DNA of 63,988 bases, the filler included, from Choristocarpus tenellus KU-1152 (taxonomy: Eukaryota; Protista; Phaeophyceae): NCBI GenBank assembly GCA_964200185.2. It is 8 parts of 8 records of this genome, joined end to end, with 100 filler letters (N's around TTAATTAATTAA, not from the genome) between each part and the next. Parts side by side here need not be neighbours in the genome. Positions count along the whole stretch, not along the records: positions 1 to 10,613 come from CAXNAD020002834.1; positions 10,714 to 21,140 come from CAXNAD020002939.1; 6 more parts are not named here. One strand, written 5' to 3'. The notes under the pieces are model-generated. The model ran no database searches. It worked only from the letters and a program-made list of their open reading frames with translations, and was not told the origin of the DNA. Numbering within the stretch: position 1 is the first letter of the stretch; each line of letters starts with the position of its first letter. Position numbers and translations under genes: made by a program. Below are positions 1 to 13,651 of the stretch, piece after piece.

Positions 1-3000
1 CACCCCCCCAGAAAAACAACTCAGGAATCAGGACTGTGCTACTCAACAGACCAACCCTGATCAGACAAATCACTCCTGCGCATATACTCCTCCAATCACT
101 ACTGGACCTACTCACATCCCGATTCCCACAGGTCTCTTAAACAAATGTCCAACATTTTTTAACAGTCCCCTCCGTCGTATTCTGATTGGATGGAGCAAGA
201 GACTCTTATGGATACCTCACGCCACACACCTTAGGCACAGAGCCTATGATGGAACCGATCAAAACACTGCCTCCATATAATACAAGGAAGGGGCACTTCC
301 GTCTGCTTGTGTCAACCCCTAAGTCACACTGTGAAGCCCTTCCCACGCATTTATTGGTTTGGGTGAGTGGAAGTTTCACATGGCAATACTCTCATCATAT
401 CCATCTCTTATCACATTCATCACCTACACAGTCCAAGCCACATCGCCAATAACTTGATCCAGATCATCACACACACCAACACAGCAGGACTTCAGGCTCC
501 AGACACACAAGCATATGCTGAAAAAAAAATTGACGCCTTCCTGGACAAAACATCAACTTCAATACACACTAAAAAAAAACGTCCTCCCGTAGCCTACCGG
601 TATCCACTGTACTGAAGTAACCTCTTTCCCAAGGACCCTGTGAAGTTTGTACACTGCCTGCTGGGAACAGCAATTGGAAACCGCCTGGGCATCAATGTAG
701 AAATCCGCAAGGTCCTTCTCCATCACATCCCTGGGGTCTACAATTTCCTCTTTTTCTGAACTCACGCCACCCCCATTAAACAAAAAAATAAAGATTTGAG
801 GAGAGGGGGAGGAGGGGGGGGGAGGTAATCAACCAATGAAGATTAGTGGAACATAGAGGTCTGTAAGTAGTGACAAGACTACATGTCAGAACAGCAGTGA
901 CTTAGAGGTCCTCATTGCACATGTTGCACAACAGTAGGCCCCCTCATGTCACAACACTCTAATAACCCTACGATTACGCACTTGGAATCTCACTCTCCAG
1001 CACAACTAATTAGAATTCCTTCTCTTTGCATACTCTCTGTTGGCTGTGTCACTCAACTTAAAAGTAACCAAATCTCTTCAGCAATTACAATATATGCAAC
1101 GTTGAGATTTAAAAGGGAGAGGGAGACACCAGAAAACAAACCTAGTTAGACGGTTTGGCCCTAGGCAGCCCCTGCAACATGTTCAATAAGCCATGATGTA
1201 TCCAAATTGTGGTATGTGAAGTCCACCGAGGATACATATTGACAAGAACAAAGCAGGTTCAAAGGTATTAACCACCATAACTAAGTACCAAAAAGGCCCC
1301 CAAACATCACCCCACCTTCCAGGCCTTCAAGTCGCTGTTGGGTCAACAACGACCTGTAACATAACCAAACGCCTTACTGATACAGACAAAACCCAGTCTA
1401 CTCACAGTCACACAACACAGCTTAAAAATCCCACATACAATGACCGATCAACGCGCATAATCCTCAAAACGCCTCATCAACGAAGCACAAAATCTCCCAA
1501 GCAATGCAACACAAACCTTATTCACCTTCTGTTTCCACCTTATCCTCTCCTCCATCCCCATCCCCTTCGACAAAACTTCGAACTTCCGATCCACGGAACT
1601 GGAAGACTCCTGCAGCAACTTGTTGGAAAGCCATTTCTGCCCCAATCTGGCCAAGGGTGTACAACAAAAAGGAAGTGGAATTTTGGATCCATGGATGGAG
1701 CGGGGCTGTGTCAATCGAAGGCTGCCTAACAGAGAGGATCATCGAGGCGTCTCAGCAGCAGGAACACCTTGTGTAACTGTGTATAATGGTTTTTGAGGTG
1801 AGATGGTACGCAACTGCTGCAAGACAGGGATGCTTCCTGCGGAGTCATAGCATCCAAAAAGTAGTCCATAGGCATGGCAAGGCTTTAACACTTGTCATGC
1901 TGTTTCGTATCAAACATGACCATACTGTTAGCAATATAGCACAAAAGGTGAGTACTTCAAGGGATGATGCAAGCCACGCTCAAATGATTGCACAGGAGAG
2001 GAAATATTTCACCGGCTCTAAATAACCTGGAAGAAAGACTAGTGTGTGTGCAGACAACCTAAAAGTGTATTCACAATTGACCACGAATATACCTTTTTAG
2101 GTTAGCGGTTATATGGACAAGGAGACGATTGCTCAACATACTTGGACACTGGGAAGGACAAAGGGGGGACAAAAGCATTCAAGACCCTCCTGTCAGCAAT
2201 GACTCTAGGCATCTCTACTTGATTGATAGAATTGCACCAAGACGATGTGGCTGGAAGTTCACTGTAGACATGGAATTTTAAAACACTACATGACTGTGGT
2301 AGATTATGGAGAAACCAAAAATACTGTGTGCATTAGGAGGGAGGTTGGAGGTGTGTTGGAGGTATGTCAATAGAAAGTTCAAGATATATCTATGCATTAT
2401 CCTTCACCGCATGACATTGAGGAATGTAACTTCCAGGAAGATCAAGAGTGTCCAAATGTGGGGGGCAGGGAAGTGCAATTGGAGATTTTCAGAGCTACAG
2501 ATTTTTTTTTGTGGATGGGGACAATATCTCAATATCTCAGACAGCTGAAGGCATGGGCAGGAGGGGGCGTCGAACAGAGTTGGTCTACTATTACCTTAGA
2601 CTGGGTGGAGCGGGATTCAGGTGGGGGGGAGTATGTGGCATGGCATGTTGGCTGACTGGGCGTCAGGAAGGGGATTGGTAACAACTATGATATTGCACAA
2701 AGGTTGTTTGAGGCAGAAGGCGTTTGATGGTGGGAGGTGAATCAACATTTGCAAGAACAGGTTGGCATGGGAATGGAACTTTGGACACGTTGATGAAACA
2801 AGGACATCGTGGAGACCAAGAGAACGGCAAAGAGGGTTAGCCAGTGTGTAGTAGAAGCGCACACGGGGTTCCCCTTCAAAAGTAATAGACAAGAGGCGAC
2901 TGTAATCTTGGCCGTCGCACAGAAGATGCAAGCCCTCGATCCCACATTCCTTGAAGACAGAATCACACACGATCAAGGCCAACATTAACCTCCATAAAGC

Positions 3001-3908
3001 ACTTAACTAGCTCATCACCCTTTCAGTTTGGAAGGTACACCCCACTCACCAAGAAATCTTCATCTTTATAGAACTCCATGAGAATTTCTGGGGATAGAGG
3101 GATGTTCTGAAGGTTCAAGGTCGAGGGAGTTGATCGCCATGGAAACGCAACTGGGGCACTTCTTCCAATAGTTGATGGGTCTGCCAGGCCCTGGGAAAGG
3201 AAGTTTGATTGCCCCCAGTGCGTGGATATATAGCTCGCATTGAGTCTCCCTTGGCATGGCTGCTCGATTGTAGACCTCGCCTGTAATGCAAGATGTCGTT
3301 ATGTTAATTGGAATCTTGGACGTTTTAGTCTAGTTTTCAGGCATATCTACACCAACTTACCATGCCACTATTGCGGTAACATGATATTCCAGCTAAATAG
3401 TCGGGCTGAGGAAATGGGAACAAAAAGGCACACCCAAAATGATGGTACAAAGACCTGTGTATGGAAGAGCCTCAGGGTAACCCGACGATAAGCCCGATGT
3501 GATGCACATGCCCAGGCCATCACAAGGCTGCAGAGAAATTTAGGCCTGGTCCAGTACCACTAAGCAAGCATGGGTGCACTAATGCTCGGCCTTTCCGGGA
3601 CTAGAGCAGCAGGTTGAATGGTGTTCACACTAGCGTATGGCACCATATGTTGTTCATAGTTAAAAGGTTTTCATTGTTAGGGCAGGCGTTATAGGGGACT
3701 TTTACATTATACAATCTTAGAAGGCTCGAATTAGTGTAGGAGTATCTATTTTGGAGGTAACAAATTTCTGGTTCAGTTATAGGTCTGAGGGAACAACATG
3801 TCGATCGTTCCTCCTGGTTTGAGACGCTCGCGCATTTGACACTGTCTGTCGTCTTTTATTGCCTTTGCGTGAAGGCTTATGGTCATGGATGTTTTCTTTC
3901 ATCCTACC

Positions 3909-6560
3909 ATGGAGCAGAAGGAGAACGTGAGGACTCGTAAGAGATCTGCCCCACACCAAGTGCCTTTCCTATTCAACCCACAAAAAAAGGTTTCAAATTA
4001 TGCCCCGACCGAGACAGAGAAGAAGGTCGACAATAGAAGTTACTGGGCCATGCGTACCAAGAAATGTGAGGAACCAAGTCCACTTTCTTTATGCGGTATA
4101 TCTTAGTTAGTGTAGGTGTTGTAATGGTGGGCTCCTCCTCCTGCTCCCAGAGATGAAACTGTCAGCGCAGTACATGTACTGTTGCACTTGTACCCTGACC
4201 GAAACACAGTGATTGAGCAGAATCCTGAGGTCAAGTCGCGGATCTTTGCTGGATGCAGGCTTTATTTCAACGGTCGTACTGGGAACTATTCGAGGTGAGG
4301 GAATTCCAACGATAACATAGTCTAACCAAATAGAACCTCAAAGGTGAGATGCTGTTTTTCAATATCGATCTTTGTGCAATAGTTTATCCTGCTCTCCAGC
4401 CTGTGTGGTGCATTTAGTATTGTGATGGACCATCATCTGGTGGCAAGGACTCTTTGTTTGACTTGCGAATTTACGGACCGTCACAATTCCGAGCTACTGC
4501 ACTGAATTCTTCGTTTCCAGCCTAGGTGAGCAACTATTGCTGCATTCAGGTTGTCCTTGACTCTTCCTTCAAACATGAATATTTTTGTCTGTTTTCCAGT
4601 CATCACCTACAGAAGGCTGTTCAGATGAACGGAGGTATTACAACGCCAGTGTACTCTGTGAAAGGAGTAACCCACATAATTGCTGAGAATCTGAGTGCGA
4701 AGAAGACGGAGAAGGCGATGCAGGTTAGGAAAAGTTCGCCCCCATCTGTTCATCTGCTATCTTCTGAGCTGTCTCATTAGGAGTCCTACACCATTCTCAC
4801 ACTCAACCTCTCCACCAACCCACCCTTCCAACGCCTCCCACCTCCACTTCTTCTGTTTCATTTTATTGGTAGTTTTGAGCAATTATTCCATTTAGCCCTC
4901 TCTATTCTTTGCGATTCTTGTGCTATGCTTGGAAGTTTATTAGTATAGTAAGAAAATACGTATTACAGGTGGAAATACCTCGCCTCATTTTTTTTCTTAG
5001 CTTATAAGGAACACCATTCAAGTCTTGTTACATGCTGGAGAGCAATCCTTGCTTTTGTACCCACCACAACAACTACGTAGTATTATTGCAATTAGAGTTC
5101 TTGTGCTGCACGAGCCTACTCAAAAGCTCGACCTTCAGCATCGTTGCCAGAGATTCCTGTTGGAATAGTGCAAGGAAACATGTGCATGCATCTCTCTGAT
5201 GCTTGAGTGAGACAGGCAGGTGGTGGGATAAGTCGATCCCACCTACAGTCCTATTTTCACATACACTGTGGGTACTGCACTACCTTCTGCATCTCTGAAA
5301 GTGAGTGTCATCCATCACATTGAACAGATGCTCTTGGTCAAAGCAGTTGAATTATGATGTATTTCTTATCATCCAAGGAATGTTCCTATCCGTGTGATGG
5401 GGTATAGAACTGTAGGAGCCTAGAGCTTGAAAATCTTGGGGAGCAGATAGCAGAGTTGTCTGTTCAGAGTTTGACTCCTTCTGGTGATAGCTCTCACACT
5501 CAACTTCAAGTACCAAATCACACCTTGTTGAAGGTACTAATATATATATATTCCTTCTGTCTTGGGCTGCCCCTGAGCCACTTTGTCATTTCAGTCCTTG
5601 GCTTAGCACCAGGAACTGAGGTATTATCGGCCCATGTTCTTCTCCTGTGCCATTAGAAAATAGACTATTTTAGAATGCCAAGTGCTTGAGAGTAAGCCTA
5701 TGCATCCCTGCCATGTCAAAGCCGTTGCCATTACCCTTGTCATAGCGACTGGAGACCAAGTATTGTGTGTGCTAAATGTCCCTTTGCCCCACCACCCTTC
5801 TCGTTTTTCCCATCTACAATGTGATGCCCGTAACGCTCTTCTTCCAGTCTACCAAGACGAAGGTTGTGCACCCAGGTGATGTGATGCCCAGGCACCCACA
5901 AACACAGGAAGGCAGATGTATTTATCTCACTCCCTGGTCCATCCCGTTTAGACCTTCCTCTCCATGTTTGATGTGTCCAATAATTACAGTCGTTGCCTCA
6001 CCCAAGTCACAACTAACGCTCCCCTCCTATCGCTCCATAAATATATGTATCAATGTAGTCGGGCTAAAACCTGGAAGATTACACACTTGAGTTTTTTATT
6101 CATTTTTTTATTCATGTGTGACAGAAGTGCAAGGTAAAAAAACTAGTAGATACGAGAATCTGCACCTGTTATTGCAACCAGAGTCCCACCTTCTTTTTTT
6201 TCCACATATTTGTCGCACTTACTCCGCACTGGGTCTCAACCTTGATCGTTGATTGGGGGAAAAGACTGGATTACAAGCTGCATTGCTGCTGGTAAACTAT
6301 TGCCTGATGGTCCTTTCCGGACTGTGCGAAGCCAGCGCAGCACATTGTCTTTCTTGGTCGGGTCTGGGTCAAAGTCTAGTTCTAGGGCAGGGACCGGAAC
6401 GGGTACCATTGCCCTCATGGATTCCCAGGTTGGTTTGAATATCCGAGGGAAGAATGAAAGGGGTGACAAGAGGTGTCAAGCGGCGAAATGTAGGGGAGCA
6501 AGGCAGAAGGGTGAGCAGCAGCAAGAGCAACAAGGGGATCATCAGCAGGAACATGAGTGA
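3909..6560 (+). CDS. REV1-type BRCT-domain protein, 5 exons: 3909-4065, 4210-4294, 4600-4723, 5848-5875, 6265-6560
   Basis: GT-AG splicing with matching phases gives ...SYWAMRTKKLIEQNPEVKSRIFAGCRLYFNGRTGNYSSHHLQKAVQMNGG..VTHIIAENLS..KTKVVHPDWITSCIAAGKLLP. This fits the REV1 N-terminal BRCT pattern (IFxGxxxYxNG..GG..THIIA.NL..VxPxWIxxSIxAGxLL). Start codon (3879, 3885 or 3909) and the 3' end are uncertain. Confidence 0.75.
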
Positions 6561-8848
6561 ATACTGTTCTGGGAATGCTACTCAAAGATTTGGTGGGATG
6601 GGTAAGGTGAGGGAGGGTGGATCAACCTTGTCCTCCTCTCACTCCGAGCTTAAAATAGCAGATGCATCATGTTGAGGTAGGTGATCAAATTGGGGAAGGT
6701 CCCTCCCCTCCCCTGCATCAATTCTTAAGCTCGATCTTTTTTGACATCCACGGAAAGGAGACACTGCAAGAGGGGAGGGGTGAGTGAGGATGAAAGGAGT
6801 GTAGAACGCACTCAACAGTCTTGAGAAAATAAATACCCCGCAGAGGAGGGCACTGAAGAAAGGACTGTAGCAGGATGTTGGCTTAGCATGGGGAAGATCT
6901 GATGTTTGGTTCGTTTGGGTACAAGCTTTTTTGTAGGTGAGGTGCAGCGATGGGTGAGTGTGGGCAGGGCTGGTGGTGCCTGTTCTACTGATGGGTTTTG
7001 AACCTACCATGTTTTATATCTTGTGAATTACCTTGGATATCTGCGGTCAGGGTCTAGCATAATGCGCTGTCTCAAAACAGGCACGGTGTAGATACCAGTG
7101 AAAATTGTTTTTCATAGGGATGCGAGTTAAATATTGATTCAATTGGGAGTGACTTCAAGAGGTCATTTAGGGTGATGCACAACCTCACCACAAATGAGAG
7201 TCGAAGAACTTTGAACAAAAATATGGTTTGTTTTTGAAGTACCATGTCTGAAGTACGTAATGGATGGAATGGAAATCGGGTGCTATTGGTTGGGCAAAAA
7301 GGTGCTACCATTTCTTGTACAATGCAGAGGGTAGTGGATGCCCACTTTGGACAGATGAACGAGAAGAGATAATGCCAATTTTTGCTTGCACTGTGCAGTG
7401 ATTATTGTCTGTCTTGACATGGAAAAATGGGGCTATTCTGGGGATGGTGATTGCTTCCAGTCAACCGTAGTAGAATTGAGCTTTCGTACAGGAACGAGTT
7501 GGGTTGCTGTGGGTTTGGGAAGCATTTTAAAAGGGGGGATGATACTTGAGGGGACTGGCATGGTTCAGGAGATATAACATACGTGAGGTCATATATGGGT
7601 CGGAACTAGTGACAAGCTGGCTTTCCTGCACATGCAAACTGCAGTTGTGCCACCACCTCACGCTCTCTCCTTTGTGTGAGCTACCAGAGTTTGTGGGAAC
7701 ACCACATCAAAAAAGTGTGGTTCCAATATCTCAAGAGGCGCCTGTATGTATGGTATGTGAGAGCATAGTCACACATACACAGGCGTTTCGTATGTGATGA
7801 TACCGTTTGGCTCGGTGAAATAAATTCTGGTATGATGAGATAAGAAAAAAGAAGTTTACACAACTAGGAGGTGCCTGTGTGTGAGTGACCCAAACATGGC
7901 ATGCTGGCTGGTGGTTGAGGGTGACCTCACAAAGGGACAACCCTTCCAGTGTGTCATGCTGAGGGAGCACTGCATCAACACAAAGTTGGAGTAGTGGTAG
8001 TTCATGGCAAGAAAAGCTGTTCTCGTTCGATGATCATGTCGTGCCATTTCTCCTCTTGAATGGTTACACTGCTTTAGTATTTCACGTGCATCTCTTTTGG
8101 ACATGTCTGATACTCCATCTGCATCGGTAGCGTTATCCCCCATGTGTTTTGAAGGCTAGTACACCACACATTGGGCTGATGGAGGTGTGAGGATACAGGA
8201 TATGTTCCTTTACATTGTAACGAAGCTCTATTCAAACTTTTGCAGAAAACCAATCTATACACCCTAAGCTCTAGATCCTCCCCTGCAGTTTTAAGCACTA
8301 GATGCGTTTCCAATCGGAAACTGGGTCAAACCACTTTTCCTCCCGATGGACCCAGTCAAACACCCGTACCATAACCTTTATCAGGATGCTGATCATAACA
8401 AGGCCAACCCCCTATCAACCTTATATTGGTCAGAGAGGAAAAACGTGACGACTCTTTGTCTCCTTGACATACTTCCTTACCTTCCAGTCAGTAACATACG
8501 GCCTCCACAATCCACCTCCTCTCACTAGTCCTTTCAAGTGTTTTGACTGGTCCAATCACGCCTATCTCCTCTTGCAGAGCTGTTATTGGTTGTACCTTGT
8601 GACCAGAGGCTACACCCATGTCCTGCCCATCAGCTACGTGCTGTGATGCCACCCTCGCCGGCTGATCTGACACCATTGCTACCATTCCATACTTCAGTGT
8701 AATCTGTGGCCGAGTGCCTCACTGGGCAAAGTTCTTACATATGTGTATCACCAAAATGTATTTTGCACAGCCCAATGTGCAAGCCACACACCCAGGAACT
8801 TGGGTGTTGAAGCTACCGAAGCAGAGGGAGTAATAACATTTCGTGTAA

Positions 8849-9111
8849 GAGTCAAAGTATCTTAGAGGGTAGAACCGCGTCCATTTGGGGGCCAAAATCC
8901 AGTGTTGCGATTTTGATGAAAATTTGGCTATTGTGTTTGTTATGAACTATCCATATATCCTTGTTCCGAACACACATTTTCGTAACGTACACACATTCCT
9001 ACTCCGAAATGTTTCGGAGTAGGAAAATGTCATAAACAATCTGTGAGAAGCCAAGCCCCACCCACATGGACAAACAGGGCAAAATTCGTACCCTCTAAGA
9101 TACTTTCACTC
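8849..9111 (+). mobile_element. MITE family A (about 260 bp), TIR GAGTCAAAGTATCTTAGAGGGTA / TACCCTCTAAGATACTTTCACTC, TSD GTAA
   Basis: TIRs and 4-bp direct repeats (8845-8848, 9112-9115) read directly; 7 related copies elsewhere in the window. Confidence 0.92.
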
Positions 9112-10613
9112 GTAAAAGGATGTTTGCAACTTGGTGCAGTTCCAAATGTCTCTCCATTCGTTGCCTGATACCTCCATAAACTTCACACTTTGGTAGAGTG
9201 TGCATGTGTGTTCGTGCAGTGCAATCTTGAGGGACGATTGAGAACTTGAAGCATGTAGTAGGGCTGCATGGAATCTAGAGGTTGAGTGGGTAGAAGAATT
9301 GTCTTGAATCCTCCCTAATGGATGAAAAAGAGCACCCACTGCACTCTCTACATTAGGGATGGGACCCTAAAATGTGCAGCATTTGCAATTTATTAATTCT
9401 GGTATGTACAGTAATGAAACCCACTCACCTATTCATCCTCTTCTTTCTCCCCCCCCCTTGGGGCACCTAGAAGTTGTCTGGGTAGAAGATTATTGTTACA
9501 TGTTAAAATTTCCCCAACGCTGCTCAAAATTCTTCACTCCTCTAAGAACATGCTGACTCTGGTCCCAGCATAAAAATATATACTATTATAATATGGGTAA
9601 GTACCACCCCTCACATCACCACCCTCAGAATATGGAAAAAGGGTCATCTACCAGACTCTGTAAGGAAAAAATTAACATATTATCCCATCAACATATCCTG
9701 CACCCAAACCATCATCGTCATCGACCCTCCACTCACACCATCCTGCGCTCTTACCGACTCATGTCCTGTTGAAAGAAGGGCTTTCCTATTCAAGATAAGA
9801 CACACAGCAGCTGGAGCATGGAAATGTAGAGCGGAAGCAGAAGGGTGCACACTCACAACAATTACCTCTACCTCTGACTTACTATCCTCCCCGACGCTGG
9901 GATCGTCCTCATCAAGTTCTTGCTTTACCTCCCCCACGGCCTGATCGTTTCCCTGTCCTTGCATGTCCTGGGGCGGCAGTGCGAGCAAGTGGCGATTCCT
10001 TTGAGCTGACACCTTGATGCAGAGCAAGGGATGGGGCTGACTTTGATCTATCCATCCCATGGACTTCCTCCTCCTCGCCTTCCTCCCCACTGTCTACTGA
10101 TCCAAATAGTTGCCCCTGCGCTTGTCTATAGCCCGTTCCAACATGCGGAAAGGATGCACCACTCTGATTGCTGCCCCTACCCTTCCCTTTTCCTCGGGCC
10201 CTTCCCTTACTTGAGGGGCGAGTGTCTAGGCCACCATTGCGTCCCTCCCACCCCTCCTCCATAAGCTTGTTTCTGCTGGAAGTATAGAATGTATGCATAC
10301 ATTATGAGAGACCAGAGAGGAGGGAATCGGGGATTGGGGAGAGTCAGTGAGTTGTTGGAGAGGGAGAGAGCTGGGGTAGACATATTTGATTTAGGGTTGA
10401 TCGTGTTGGTCTGCTTTCATACTAAGTGAACTGTTTTGTTGAAGGGGGACAGTGTGTGATCTTTGTCCTTTCTATTCCTAGTGTGACAAGTAATCTGAAA
10501 TCCCTTGTCAATAGCAGGACCATGCTATCACAATCAGCAATATTACGTTTTAGCCCTTCTACTTCTTACTGCACCTCTTCCAAAAAAAAAAAACTTCTGA
10601 TCCACAACCAAAA

Positions 10614-10713
10614 NNNNNNNNNNNNNNNNNNNNNNNNNNNNNNNNNNNNNNNNNNNNTTAATTAATTAANNNNNNNNNNNNNNNNNNNNNNNNNNNNNNN
10701 NNNNNNNNNNNNN
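10614..10713. other. Artificial contig spacer (N44-TTAATTAATTAA-N44); identical spacers at 21141-21240, 37953-38052, 42884-42983, 47260-47359, 56193-56292, 61251-61350
   Basis: Seven identical 100-nt N-padded linkers containing a six-frame stop palindrome. Genes do not continue across them. Confidence 0.97.
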
Positions 10714-11543
10714 GATGAACCAATGTTGGTATAGTATCTTGAAAGGTGTACAGAGAGAGAGAGAGATGGGGGGGGGGAGGGATGGGTGGTGTGGAAGTAG
10801 TGGTACTTATATGTGCTTCTTGTTGAGAAATTTCCTGGAATAAGAGTGGTGGTGGTGTTGTCCAGGATATGATCGATAGTCTGGGTGAAAGAACGAAGAC
10901 TTCATCCTTCCCAAGTGTGATAGTCTTGTGCATATTGTTGGTTTTGCATTAATATTGTTTTTTATTGTATGTGTAATATACCTCTTCTTGTCATTTTTAT
11001 GGCATATACTAAGCCTGTTGAGGTGCATCACCCACGACCCTAAGTATTCAGAACATTTATGTACTGATTGGTAGGATAAGATGCATGTCGTGCTTGGTTT
11101 TTTTTTTTTGTGTAGTTAAGGAGAAGCGATTTCGTTCGTGCCAGCAAGTGGTACTGTTGTTGGTTGTCTTCTTACAGGTTTGCACTTTATTTTTTTTGTA
11201 TCACAACAGTGATCCAACATCTTTTCGTGCTTGTGGTTTTTGACAGGCAAGTACCTGGAGCGTCACTTGCAAAGGTCCAATGTTGGTGAACGTCAAGTTC
11301 GAAACATGGATGAGGTACTGCCTGCTTTGTGTATAGCCCCCAGGAGTGGGTATGTTCATTGTCTGATCTATAGATTGGTCTAGGTCTCCTCCCCATTAAC
11401 CAAAGTGCAATGTCCTTCTATTCAGTGACCCAAAATAGGATTGTGTTTTAGATAGGGTTAGGGTATGACTGACCCTATGTCCTCAGTGGTAATTTCCGGT
11501 TTTTCGGGAGATTAGACTGCTCCCTGACTTTTGGAGTCCTATT

Positions 11544-11647
11544 TTCATCCCTACTTCTCCTTGGTTAGGTGTTATGTTCCACTCTTGTATTCATTCCTAC
11601 TTCTCCTTCATTAGGTGTATGTTTCCACTCTTGTATTCATCCCTACC
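11544..11647. repeat. About 46-bp tandem repeat, roughly 2.3 copies
   Basis: TTCATCCCTACTTCTCCTT..TTAGGTGT..TTCCACTCTTGTA recurs with a period of about 46. Confidence 0.75.
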
Positions 11648-13651
11648 ACCCTCAATCGTAAGAGTAACTAGTGCTGTGTAAAGTGTGTGTGAATGGACTG
11701 GCGTTGGAGGTTTCAGTCTGTGACAGGGTTACAATTGTACCAAAGGTTGATCGATGACTGTGTGACTACCACCACCTTTGTACAAAGAGAGCTTTTAGAG
11801 GTGTGACGAGAAGGTCAGGAGGTTGAGTTGTAGTCGACAGAGTTTCAAACAACAGATGGGCTGGAAATCACACCAGTCCAGTGGGACACCTTAGCCCTTT
11901 CAATGATCCTTGCCACTGTGCCTCTAGATCTTGTCCCAGTTGACAATTTCTGAGTGAAGGCATCACCCCCAAGACATTCTGATTGGATCAATTCTATTCC
12001 TGTCCTCACCTTGCTGTGTGAAGGTGGCACAATATAAGTTGGCTATGTCAGTGTTTGTTGGTCCAGCAACTACGATTTGTGCAGCACTTGGGATGCATTA
12101 TTGGCTGAGGTCTCCGATTCTGGTGACTCTTCCGGCAGCTGCCCTGTGGTTGTGGATGACGGTTCGCTGGCTAGAAGACGGCGTGGCCAGCATTAATGTA
12201 ACAGCAGAGCTGTGGACCATGTTATGGCGTCAATCGGAGGTGTGTTCTGGCTTGTTTTTGCCTGTGTGTATCTGTGTGATGGAGGGTTTTGAGAGAGTTG
12301 CCTTGAGGTAAGAGGCTATGGGAAGATGTGGGTTATGGTTTATGCAATGAAGTCTGGAATGCACTTTATAGTAGAAGTAGTAGAGGTAGTGTGTGTGTGT
12401 TTTGCAGTAATGAATGACAACAATGTTCAGTAGAGCAGTGCAGTCAAATTGGGGTAGGGTAGTTGATGAGACAAGAAAAGGTACTTTGAGTTAGACAACC
12501 TTGGTATGGCACGGTAATGATTGGAAGTGTGTCAAGGTTATGACAGAAATGTTATGATACTGCCACTGAGTGTAGGTTCTGTTATCAGTGTCTCAAATAT
12601 GGGTAATAAGGACAATTATGTTGGACTGCAGGCATGACTATTCCACTCCCACCCCCCACCCCCTTCCCTCAATTACAACACATTTTATGCACCTTTGGCC
12701 CTGTTCTATCACTCTTGTTTTATAATATGAGAAGCAAAGCTGGAGACACGTAGCCCACATGGAATTGGGTTCTTCATCTCTAAGGGGTGACAGGATTAGT
12801 ACTGATTGGAGTAGGGTAGATGGGTTGAATGTTGAAGTTGAAATTGTAATGTTTTGAATTGAGAAGGTATGGATGTTGAGTCCTGCATAGACCAAGGAAT
12901 GTTCCTCTCCTTACCGCCTGTATTGTGAAGCAATTAGTTGGATGTACAGGGTTGAATGCTTGAAAATGATGTCGAAGTTATGGTTAGACGGTTTGATTGA
13001 GTGAAAGGAAATTGCACTGTATAGATTATTGTGAGATACTACCCCTCTTGTGCAGGCACACAAGCGCGCTTGCAATATCTACTAGGAGGTGAAGCATGAA
13101 GGGGGGCATATTTATGCTTTGAGATATACATGCATTGAAGTATATTTCTTAGTACAGTCTGCTCGACAGCAGAAGCCCTGAGACTTTGGACGATCATTCC
13201 ATTGACGGTTACAGAATATATTCCGGAGGGACTGGCAAGTGTTTGATCTACCACTATACTCTTGACACGGCACTATCAAGAGAGTTTCCAAAGAGGCGGC
13301 GGTACATTATTTTTTTAAGTGTAGACCTGAGATGTTTTGGTGAATCTAAACAGTTTGTGAGAACGTTGCGAATTGGACTCAAGAGAGATTTGCACTCTAC
13401 TAGGTTTGAATGGGGTGTGAGTGCAGCGCGTGAGGAAAGTCTTGACTTCTGCGAGGAAAATCTCGAGCGAATCGCTCGGCGCTCGTGCGTGCGAGAAAAT
13501 GTTTCGATGATGAAGTCTCTGTTGAGATCTCAAATTGTGTTTCCATTGGTTGGGTAGATCGTGGTGGTTCACAGCGCTAGTGAAGTGGTTGCTCAATTAT
13601 TTTCTACTAGTATTAATGCAATATGAATGAAATAATGTTGCCCAAGAGCAG

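Noticed and set aside
559-3650. Minus-strand coding-like fragments (e.g. FCASLMRRFEDY, EKDLADFYID) as a possible transposase relic
   Set aside because: Stops throughout, no consistent splice model and no diagnostic motif.
8300-8840. Possible LINE RT relic (KCFDWSNHAYLL)
   Set aside because: A single weak motif; boundaries cannot be set.
10658-10669. TTAATTAATTAA palindrome recurring seven times
   Set aside because: Always embedded in identical N padding, so it is an artificial linker.
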